Virus record (IMG/VR): IMGVR_UViG_3300036940_000066
Location: 1 to 28,904 of that record
Reading direction: 5' to 3' (one strand)
DNA: 28,904 nucleotides
DNA from: a virus
Lineage: Duplodnaviria > Caudoviricetes
Part shown: positions 7,619 to 14,788 of the stretch, piece after piece
Layout: each line of letters begins with the position of its first letter
Numbering within the stretch: position 1 is the stretch's first letter
Translations under genes and position numbers: made by a program
Notes under the pieces: generated by a model
The model's input: the letters and a program-made list of their open reading frames with translations, nothing else
Told to the model about the DNA's origin: nothing
Databases searched by the model: none

Positions 7619-7656
7619 TAAAGTAATAGAAGATATTTTATATGATTGATTCTCTT

Positions 7657-7887
7657 TTAATCTCCAATATAACTACCTAATATAATTTCTTCTGGACCTT
7701 CGTTTTTTAACTCAATTATGGACGTATTATCCGACCTGAACAAGTACCGCTTTGGGCTATGGTATTGGTCCGATTCTGCATGTGCTATTTTCAAAGCACT
7801 TATTTTATTAGGCGCTCGTACTACAAACGCCTCTGCTTCTCCGTAATCTACTTCGTCTGTTCGAGTTACTAAATATAATTTCATCAT
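7657..7887 (-). CDS. Hypothetical protein
   Basis: 76 aa, TTGAAAGGAGGGG RBS. Confidence 0.85.
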   Translation of the reverse strand: MMKLYLVTRTDEVDYGEAEAFVVRAPNKISALKIAHAESDQYHSPKRYLFRSDNTSIIELKNEGPEEIILGSYIGD

Positions 7888-7930
7888 TTTTCCCCTCCTT
7901 TCAAATAGATTTTATATTATTTATAACTTG

Positions 7931-7959
7931 TAACGTAATAAGAGTAGTAATTATTGCGA
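7931..7959 (-). promoter_or_regulatory. Repeated promoter-like motif R6 (degenerate -10)
   Basis: TCGCA ATAATT AC TACTCT TATTAC GTTA. Confidence 0.6.
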
Positions 7960-7963
7960 AATA

Positions 7964-8099
7964 TGGCTAAAATCGAGCGATAAGTGCCCGAAAATAGCCA
8001 ATTTCCTATTAGCCGCACTAAATCGAATTCTAAGTATTTTTATAGGTTTTTAATAGTCTTATAAGGAGGACTTTATAAAAATCGCTTAAAACTGATTTA
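7964..8099. repeat. Two imperfect inverted repeats in a non-coding gap
   Basis: 7964-8000, minus strand: TGGCTA-ttt-TCGGGC-acttatc-GCTCGA-ttt-TAGCCA. Second pair of arms at 8019-8046 and 8071-8099. Confidence 0.7.
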
Positions 8100-8115
8100 A
8101 ATCGGTGTAAAATTC

Positions 8116-8313
8116 TTAATTAGTTATTTTTTTCTTAAAAGCTACTATTGGTAGTATTATGAACCATAAAAGTAAATAAGTAAGAAATGCAAAATATATA
8201 TTCCACTCTTGTGAGGTGTTAACTGCATTGTCTATCATCTTATTGTATCTTTTTTTACTGACTACAAATATAATTACCGTACATACCAGATAAATATAAA
8301 GTAATATTTTCAT
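8116..8313 (-). CDS. 65 aa two-TM membrane protein
   Basis: Start moved to ATG 8313 after TTGAAAGGAG. Segments ILLYIYLVCTVIIFVV and IYFAFLTYLLLWFIILPIVAF. Confidence 0.8.
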   Translation of the reverse strand: MKILLYIYLVCTVIIFVVSKKRYNKMIDNAVNTSQEWNIYFAFLTYLLLWFIILPIVAFKKKITN

Positions 8314-8328
8314 TGTAAAACTCCTTTC

Positions 8329-8354
8329 AAAAATTAAAGGCTTTGCGCCCTTAA
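8329..8354 (-). terminator. Intrinsic terminator after 8351..8452
   Basis: TTAAGGGC-gcaaa-GCCTTTAA followed by TTTTT, running into the next RBS. Confidence 0.75.
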
Positions 8355-8452
8355 CTATTAGAATCATAATAAGCTTTCATTAATAATGCTCCTAAACTTA
8401 AAGTTACTAGAGATCCTATTAAAATCCCAAATGACTTTATCATAATATCCAT
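8351..8452 (-). CDS. 33 aa single-TM microprotein (unit gene of motif R7)
   Basis: Not in the ORF track. AAGGAGGT RBS, MDIMIKSFGILIGSLVTLSLGALLMKAYYDSNS. Confidence 0.8.
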   Translation of the reverse strand: MDIMIKSFGILIGSLVTLSLGALLMKAYYDSNS

Positions 8453-8471
8453 TATAATACCTCCTTATATT

Positions 8472-8501
8472 CTTCTATTATAGGAGTTGTTAAATATGCG
8501 A
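8472..8501 (-). promoter_or_regulatory. Repeated promoter-like motif R7
   Basis: TCGCA TATTTA AC AACTCC TATAAT AGAAG. Confidence 0.8.
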
Positions 8502-8536
8502 ATTGTTTCCATAAAAGTTTCCGCCGTGGAATTTTG

Positions 8537-8570
8537 AAAAAAAAAGAAGACGTGTTTTAACCACGTCCCC
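8537..8570 (-). terminator. Intrinsic terminator after 8557..8844
   Basis: GGGGACGTG-gttaaaa-CACGTCTTC followed by nine T. Confidence 0.85.
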
Positions 8571-8844
8571 TACTTACAAAATGACTAGCTTTAGAGGTTA
8601 ATATATCAGTCTTCTCATAGTTTAATATAAGCAATATCTGAATTATACCAATTACTCCTGTAACCACTGCCGGACTTACTTTAATCTTAAGGTCATCCCT
8701 TAATTTAAATAACTTCGTCAAGTGACTCAGAGTCTTTTGATATTCATCAGAACTCTCATCTAAATTACTGAGTTTTAACTGAGTCCTATTAATTTCCTCA
8801 TTTAACTTTCTCTTTTGTTTGTTGGTGAACCATTTTTTTAACAT
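8557..8844 (-). CDS. Helical protein with C-terminal hydrophobic segment (unit gene of motif R8)
   Basis: Start moved to ATG 8844 (GAAAGGAG at 8851-8858). VSPAVVTGVIGIIQILLILNYEK.DILTSKA segment. Confidence 0.85.
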   Translation of the reverse strand: MLKKWFTNKQKRKLNEEINRTQLKLSNLDESSDEYQKTLSHLTKLFKLRDDLKIKVSPAVVTGVIGIIQILLILNYEKTDILTSKASHFVSRGRG

Positions 8845-8864
8845 AATCTTCTCCTTTCTTTTCA

Positions 8865-8893
8865 CTTCATTATAGGCTTAGTTATTCTTGCGA
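8865..8893 (-). promoter_or_regulatory. Repeated promoter-like motif R8
   Basis: TCGCA AGAATA AC TAAGCC TATAAT GAAG. It overlaps the last codons and stop of the holin (SQE*). Confidence 0.8.
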
Positions 8894-9232
8894 AATCAGG
8901 TTTATATCACTTTCAATCTTAAGTCTAATATACTTTTTAACCCTAACATCCGTCTCATTATTAAGATCTAATAAGAATATAGGTTCATTAGGGTTCGTTT
9001 CATCCACTAGTAATTCTCCGTCCGTAGTAACCTCTGGAAGGCCTGTGGCTATACTCGTTAAGAGGGAATAAATTCCCGCCACCCCCGCAACTGATAAAAT
9101 ATGAAACCAATCTATTTCAGTGAATGCAGTACCAACAGTAAATAGACCTAAAGCTGTTTGTGCTGTGGTTTTTAATGCTCTAACTAAAGCAGCAAAGAAC
9201 CAATCGATTGTAAGTTTCGCTCTTATATTCAT
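8882..9232 (-). CDS. Holin, phage r1t family, with a soluble C-terminal extension
   Basis: AALVRALKTTAQTALG...IDW..ILSVAGVAGIYSLLTSIA.GLPEV matches the r1t holin pattern. Confidence 0.85.
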   Translation of the reverse strand: MNIRAKLTIDWFFAALVRALKTTAQTALGLFTVGTAFTEIDWFHILSVAGVAGIYSLLTSIATGLPEVTTDGELLVDETNPNEPIFLLDLNNETDVRVKKYIRLKIESDINLISQE

Positions 9233-9279
9233 AACATTCCTCCTTTATATAGTATTGAAGGGTGTTAACCTTCTATAGA

Positions 9280-9525
9280 TTAGCGATCACCGCCTCTCTC
9301 AAGATCATGAATAGCATTTTTATTCTCACAAATATCATCTTTCATGTTAGCAGTTTGCTCTTCCAATATAAACACCCTTTCTATAAAATTGTTATGTTTA
9401 TCCATTTTGTTCTCTAATTGAGAAAGTCTGTAATTTGTTAACTTACTAGATATAATTATACCTCCGCCAGTACCAACCATTGTGCCTAGTAGAGATATTC
9501 CAGCAAGCATTAATTCTGATTCCAT
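9280..9525 (-). CDS. Small N-terminal TM plus coiled-coil protein (lysis-module associated)
   Basis: ISLLGTMVGTGGGIIISSKLTNYRLSQLENKMDKHNNFIER, a type commonly found next to holins in Firmicutes phages. Confidence 0.7.
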   Translation of the reverse strand: MESELMLAGISLLGTMVGTGGGIIISSKLTNYRLSQLENKMDKHNNFIERVFILEEQTANMKDDICENKNAIHDLERGGDR

Positions 9526-9548
9526 ACGCTAAGCCCCCTTTTTGAATA

Positions 9549-10946
9549 TTAATACATTCTTTCACCCTTACCTTTATTTTTATTGTTTAATTGTTTTATA
9601 TATGTACTAAGTCTAGGTTTACCCTTTCTTCCTGAGCTGTCAACTGTGAATTGTGTGTAGGTTCCGTCGTCTTTACTAAACGTATGAGCAACAGTAGTAA
9701 CTAGACCTATTATCTTAGATCCATTTTCTGAATTAATCTTGGCTTCATCTCCAGGGATTAAATGAGGTCTTATTGGGCCTATGAATGTCTCCTGAGTCCC
9801 TGCCGTACTTAGCAGATCTGCTACTTCATTAAGTTTAGCTGTTACATCTACACTGTCTGACTCTTTAGGAAAATCAATATATAAGGTCTTCTGAGGTGCT
9901 ACATCCCATTCAGAGTCATTAGTAACGTTAACGTAAATATACTGAGTTACTTCTTCCTCCGCAACTGTAAGGACATACGTCCCACATACTCTAGAATATA
10001 GTTCATCATCATCTCTTACTATATCTCTACTCCATACATCAGACCCCCTATCAAACTCATATCTACTATTTCTTTGTATTTCTGAATATGTCACCATCGA
10101 TCCAGCTATAATAGTACCATCTTGATCTTCTACTATCTTCCAGTTAAGAGAGTTTTCAATAAATTCCCTTATAGCTGACATGAATGTAGTATTAGGCTCA
10201 AACTTAAGACCAAACTGCCATGTTCCGGTATCTTGAACTAGATATTCTTCTACACCAGCCTTATCTAATAAGTCTATAACATTTAAATGGTAAGTTTGAT
10301 AAGGATATTCTGTATCCTCATCTAATGTCTGGTCTACTAGTAATTTACCAGATATATTTCTACATTGAGTGTTTACAGAATCTTTTTTAGCACCCATAGC
10401 TACCCTATCAATATACTGAACAGATATAGGATATTCTTCACTATCTCCCATAGCTAATTTCAATTCGAACTTCATTCCTGGGTTTATTAAACTAGTATCT
10501 TCTCCTGATAATATTTTATTCGGATTATCAAATACAAGACTTGCTTTAGCTACTGGAGTTTCATCTTCTAAGGTTATAGTACATTTATTTAAGTATTTAG
10601 AAATATCAGTCTCTCCTTCCCATATAGTAAGTCTATGTCGTTCAGGAGTTAATGGTTCGGATGTAGCTGGATCTAATACTTCATCTTGATGCCATACACC
10701 ATATATACCAACTCTAGGTACATTTTTGAGTCTCATTAAAGATATATTTTTGTCATTAGTTACTATAGCAAAATCTGCAAATTGTAAAGTTGACCAGTCT
10801 ATATCCCCAGGTGGATATTCTAATTGTTTACCTGTCAATCGTCCCGAGTCTACCTGAAAACCATACACTGAATTATCCTCCATGTGTACAGCTTCAGGAT
10901 TAGAACCAGAAAATGCTGAATATGCTCCTTCGAATGTTAACTCCAT
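9549..10946 (-). CDS. Minor tail protein, possibly baseplate hub/Tal-like
   Basis: 465 aa beta-rich protein with DISKYL...I.L and PHLIPGD...VTTVAHTFS..GTYTQFTV hub-like pattern, located in the tail module. Confidence 0.6.
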   Translation of the reverse strand: MELTFEGAYSAFSGSNPEAVHMEDNSVYGFQVDSGRLTGKQLEYPPGDIDWSTLQFADFAIVTNDKNISLMRLKNVPRVGIYGVWHQDEVLDPATSEPLTPERHRLTIWEGETDISKYLNKCTITLEDETPVAKASLVFDNPNKILSGEDTSLINPGMKFELKLAMGDSEEYPISVQYIDRVAMGAKKDSVNTQCRNISGKLLVDQTLDEDTEYPYQTYHLNVIDLLDKAGVEEYLVQDTGTWQFGLKFEPNTTFMSAIREFIENSLNWKIVEDQDGTIIAGSMVTYSEIQRNSRYEFDRGSDVWSRDIVRDDDELYSRVCGTYVLTVAEEEVTQYIYVNVTNDSEWDVAPQKTLYIDFPKESDSVDVTAKLNEVADLLSTAGTQETFIGPIRPHLIPGDEAKINSENGSKIIGLVTTVAHTFSKDDGTYTQFTVDSSGRKGKPRLSTYIKQLNNKNKGKGERMY

Positions 10947-10959
10947 TTAATCACCTTCT

Positions 10960-11253
10960 TTATGAAGATATTTGAGTTAAAGTAAATATAGAAACACTTG
11001 GCGGGTTATTAAACGTTTCGACAGGTTGTTCTTGAACTAAGGTTTCGTGAATATTTTGACTTATACTAAAATCAGTAATTGATGGAGGGCTATTAAATAT
11101 CTCAGCAGGCTGTCCTTCTAACACATCCGTCCAGTGGTCATGTCTGGTTAAAGTAAAATCAGTAACGCTAGGAGGATTATCGAAAGTTTCTTCTGTTGGT
11201 GCTAATTCTTTAGCTCCTCCTAATAGCAGTAACATCTTTATAATATTAATCAT
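10960..11253 (-). CDS. Small tail-associated protein made of three E(T/I)F(D/N)(N/S)PPS repeats
   Basis: 97 aa, repeats shared with 13385..14788. Confidence 0.75.
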   Translation of the reverse strand: MINIIKMLLLLGGAKELAPTEETFDNPPSVTDFTLTRHDHWTDVLEGQPAEIFNSPPSITDFSISQNIHETLVQEQPVETFNNPPSVSIFTLTQISS

Positions 11254-11547
11254 TTATAACAACCACCCTTGCCAGTATATTTTTCCTATCGCCTCCTTAG
11301 TCTTTACTGTAAATGATGTAGTTTTAACAGATATAGGTGTCCAAGAGTTAGCTTGGAGGTATATCCATTTATCATTATCGTTCAGCTTAATATAGGATTC
11401 TACTTTTGGTAAAACTAAAAGTTGCCTAACTTCGTCTGCTAGTTCAACTAATTCTTCAGTAGTAGTTCCATCAATCTCTCCACTATCGTAATCTATAAAA
11501 CTTCCTGAGTTTTTAAAAGGTACAGATTTATTGAACTTCTCCGTCAT
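11254..11547 (-). CDS. Hypothetical protein (tail module)
   Basis: 97 aa, GAGGAGGT RBS. Confidence 0.75.
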   Translation of the reverse strand: MTEKFNKSVPFKNSGSFIDYDSGEIDGTTTEELVELADEVRQLLVLPKVESYIKLNDNDKWIYLQANSWTPISVKTTSFTVKTKEAIGKIYWQGWLL

Positions 11548-11707
11548 TATAAACTACCTCCTCTTCTATAGGTTCTTCAACAACTTCTTCACCATGCTCT
11601 ATTGCCTTATAAGTTCTTCTACATTTAGCACATGATATATTTTCTCTTATAGTTTCAAACTCAAAATTTCTTCCACATTCACATTTTATTCTTCCATTTA
11701 TTCTCAT
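11528..11707 (-). CDS. Small zinc-ribbon protein with acidic tail
   Basis: CECG...CAKC. Start moved to ATG 11707 (GGAGG RBS, ATGA overlap). Confidence 0.75.
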   Translation of the reverse strand: MRINGRIKCECGRNFEFETIRENISCAKCRRTYKAIEHGEEVVEEPIEEEVVYNDGEVQ

Positions 11708-13365
11708 GACCAATCAACCTCCAATTCAACATCATAGCTATATTTATCACTCTTAGGTGGAACGTCGGTATCCCAAGAAGCGGTTATCGGAGCTGCCCAT
11801 TTGTAATCTGCTGTAATAACAACATCTGTAGTAGGAGCAGTATCAAAGGTTATTGTTGCTCCATCTGAAGCATAAGCAGTAGTTTCTACTCCGTCTAGGT
11901 AAACTGTATCTATAGATAATGGCGTATGGTCTAAATCAAATGCTACTGTAGTTCCATCACCAGTTCCAACTGCTTCACCTTCTACTAATCCCGGTGGTGT
12001 TGTGAATTCTATATTAGCTCCACCCATAACTTCAATTTTAGATATGTCTAACACATCCCCTCTTGTATCATTACTATGTATTTTTAAATATTTAACTTTA
12101 ACAGGATCAAAGTTAGCAGTTCCACCATTATTATCATCAAGATATAAATCATCAACAATAGTGAACCAATTTGTATTATCTATAGAACCTTCTATAACAG
12201 TATTATACATATTATAGTCACCACTTTGCTGTAAGAATACGCTTTTTATCATAAAAAAACCTTTAAAATCGATTATAAGATTATTAGTTTTCCAATGTTC
12301 TGCATTTGGTGTTAAATTTCCATTTGAGTCAATTTCTATTTTTTCTGTAGGGTTATTATCCATATAGGCTTCTAAAATACCACTAGTGTATGGTAATTGT
12401 ATAGTATTAAAACCGATACTTTGATTACTTCCTTGATAAAGATAGTAATCTGAATTTTTAACTTTTATTACTTCGTTAACTTTTATTACTTCGGTATCAG
12501 GTTTAAAATAACTAGATTCGAAGCTAAAATATTTATTAGAACCATCACCAGTACCAATACTTTTATCTGTAAAAGACATTGTTGGAAAGAAAGTAGTATT
12601 TGGAAAAACAATATACCCAAAATCATCTAAAGATATACCAACTATGTCTCCTTTATCATTTCCTTCTATGCTTTGCATTCTATCTGCCAAAAATGTGCTT
12701 TTTTTTGTTACATCATTAAACGTATGAGTAACAGGTTTACTAATCCCCATTGGGATGTAACTAACTGTTTTCTTTTGTAACGGTGTAGTCGAGCCAATTA
12801 TAGCCTTATTGTAAAAATTTGAATCGTATCTTATAAAATCGTTTCCCATAGATGCATTAGCTTGTATATATACTGTTGCATAGATTTCTATGATTTGAGT
12901 GTTGGTTTTTGGCCCTATAGATATAGGATTTCCCTCACTATCTTTTAATAGAGCATGGGTTATTAAATGTGTTGAGGATTCCCAATAAACGCTTGTCTCG
13001 AGTCCTAATTCAGTAATAATTTCTCCTACATGTTCCAATTCTCCTATTGTAGCTTTGAAAGTTGCACTAGATAATGTCTTTTCTAATTGATATTCTTCTC
13101 TAGTACAATCTATTTCTGCTATTTTATCAAAAAGAGCTGTATCTGTAGAAGCTGGCGTTCCTGTCCCTCTACCTATGTGTATTTGATGTACTCCGTTTAA
13201 ACGTGTAAGATCATGAGTACCATCATCTGCTAAGTAATTAATCATTGAGTCTGTTAATACCGTATTATAAGCTTTTATTTCTTTTTCTATTTCCCCGGTT
13301 TTACTATCTTTCACTATAATATTAAATTCATTATGTAGTTTTACTTTCGGTAATTTAACTTTCAT
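11704..13365 (-). CDS. Tail fibre/receptor-binding-like protein with an F5/8 type C (discoidin/CBM32-like) domain and two GTGDG modules
   Basis: N-terminal IHIGRGTGTPASTDTALF...ITELGL tail-collar-like region. LIIDF...IEGSIDNTNWFTI...FDPVKVKYLKI...ISKIEVMG matches the discoidin pattern. Start moved to ATG 13365. Confidence 0.7.
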   Translation of the reverse strand: MKVKLPKVKLHNEFNIIVKDSKTGEIEKEIKAYNTVLTDSMINYLADDGTHDLTRLNGVHQIHIGRGTGTPASTDTALFDKIAEIDCTREEYQLEKTLSSATFKATIGELEHVGEIITELGLETSVYWESSTHLITHALLKDSEGNPISIGPKTNTQIIEIYATVYIQANASMGNDFIRYDSNFYNKAIIGSTTPLQKKTVSYIPMGISKPVTHTFNDVTKKSTFLADRMQSIEGNDKGDIVGISLDDFGYIVFPNTTFFPTMSFTDKSIGTGDGSNKYFSFESSYFKPDTEVIKVNEVIKVKNSDYYLYQGSNQSIGFNTIQLPYTSGILEAYMDNNPTEKIEIDSNGNLTPNAEHWKTNNLIIDFKGFFMIKSVFLQQSGDYNMYNTVIEGSIDNTNWFTIVDDLYLDDNNGGTANFDPVKVKYLKIHSNDTRGDVLDISKIEVMGGANIEFTTPPGLVEGEAVGTGDGTTVAFDLDHTPLSIDTVYLDGVETTAYASDGATITFDTAPTTDVVITADYKWAAPITASWDTDVPPKSDKYSYDVELEVDWS

Positions 13366-13384
13366 AAAATTATTCACTCTCCTT

Positions 13385-14788
13385 TTATAATGGGTCTCCA
13401 TTAACATCTAAAATTGTTATACTAAAATTACTTACACTTGGTGGATTGTTAAATGTTTCTACTGGTTGTTCATCATGAGTTATTGTAGAATGAACATTCT
13501 GACTTATGTTAAAACTACTTATACTTGGCGGATTGTTGAATGTTTCTTCTTGCTCAGGAAGTCCTCCATCTTCATAGATAAACTCTCCCAGAGTCCTAGT
13601 ACAATAAGCTGACATTACTGCTGTCAACTGTCCTGAATTTATAGTTATTGTAAAGCCGGTATATGGTAATGTTTCTGCTATAGTTACTGTCAATAAATTA
13701 TTCAGTATAGTTGTATCTGTAACTGTAAATACAGAACTTATTCCATTTGTTATAAAGTCGGATTGACTAACTGTAAAATCTATATTTCTTGAAAATTCAA
13801 AAGCTATAGTATTTCCGCCAAATTCAAACTCATAATTTACAATTTCTATAACTTCATCTAATTCTTCAACCGTACAGATATTCATTCCAAAGTTACTTAC
13901 ACTTGGTGGGTTGTCGAATATCTCTGCAGGTTGTTCGTCTAAGACATCAGTCCAATGGTCGTTTTGAGTAATATTGAAATTAGTAACACTTGGTGGATTA
14001 TCGAATATCTCAGGTTCAAAACTCATTCCAGCCCAATTTCTTTCAGTAAGCACGTATTCTATAGTATTATCATTATTTTGCGCTATAAACCCTACTCTGA
14101 AGTCATTAGTTCTAAATAAAGCTATGTCAACAACAGTTCCAGTAAATTCAGTAATCTGTCTTTCTATTTCCCAAGCTTTAGAACCATTAGATTGTATAGC
14201 ATAATTTCTATAATAAACATTTCCATCAGTTTTAAGATAATAGATTATCAATCCTTGGTCGTTTGTCTCATCACCATTAGCCGGAACCCAACCTTTTACC
14301 GAACGAATCTTAGAAACATTGGTAGAAAGTTCCACCGCGGTATTTTGCCAATATTGTCCTTTTAATACTCCAGAATCTAGACTAAATATCCAAGGAAACT
14401 CATCCGCTACTAAGTTAAACCTAGTTTCTCCTAAAGGTCTTTCCCAGTAACCATCAAAGTCTATAGCTACGTTCGTAGCAGCTCCTAGTTCAAACTCGTA
14501 AGTCCACTCGTCAAAAGTGTCATAGGGCAAAGGTCTAGATTTAACATGAGCTACTCCATCTTCTATGTATGCAATATATATTTTATCTGGCTCTGATTCA
14601 GCAGTACTTCTTTTAGCAGTAGCGTCTATCTCTGCTATATTGTCTAATTCATGTATAGTGTATACTCTAAATAATTCTTTACTAAAACCTTTACTTAGTA
14701 ATACTTTAAGTTTTGGGTCTGCATTTTCGTAAATTGTCTGATGTCTTTTGTTTATTTTTTCTAATAATGAAGGAGGAATAGTACGCAT
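13385..14788 (-). CDS. Minor tail protein with four NPPS repeats
   Basis: 467 aa beta-rich protein in the tail-tip position. Confidence 0.65.
   Translation of the reverse strand: MRTIPPSLLEKINKRHQTIYENADPKLKVLLSKGFSKELFRVYTIHELDNIAEIDATAKRSTAESEPDKIYIAYIEDGVAHVKSRPLPYDTFDEWTYEFELGAATNVAIDFDGYWERPLGETRFNLVADEFPWIFSLDSGVLKGQYWQNTAVELSTNVSKIRSVKGWVPANGDETNDQGLIIYYLKTDGNVYYRNYAIQSNGSKAWEIERQITEFTGTVVDIALFRTNDFRVGFIAQNNDNTIEYVLTERNWAGMSFEPEIFDNPPSVTNFNITQNDHWTDVLDEQPAEIFDNPPSVSNFGMNICTVEELDEVIEIVNYEFEFGGNTIAFEFSRNIDFTVSQSDFITNGISSVFTVTDTTILNNLLTVTIAETLPYTGFTITINSGQLTAVMSAYCTRTLGEFIYEDGGLPEQEETFNNPPSISSFNISQNVHSTITHDEQPVETFNNPPSVSNFSITILDVNGDPL

Noticed and set aside
4911-8893. Repeated 29 bp motif as a CRISPR array
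   Set aside because: Spacing is irregular (about 200-900 bp), the intervals contain genes, the repeats are only partly conserved, and no cas genes are present.
4911-8893. Motif as integron attC sites
   Set aside because: No RYYYAAC/GTTRRRY inverted cores, no long palindrome, no integrase in the window. The perfect TATAAT and position before RBSs fit a promoter better.
9250-9279. Hairpin GAAGG-N7-CCTTC before the holin as a terminator
   Set aside because: The stem is short and there is no U-tract on the coding strand.
10960-14020. NPPS repeat pair as a DGR template/variable repeat
   Set aside because: Mismatches are of all types and mostly synonymous rather than adenine-specific, and there is no reverse transcriptase in the window.
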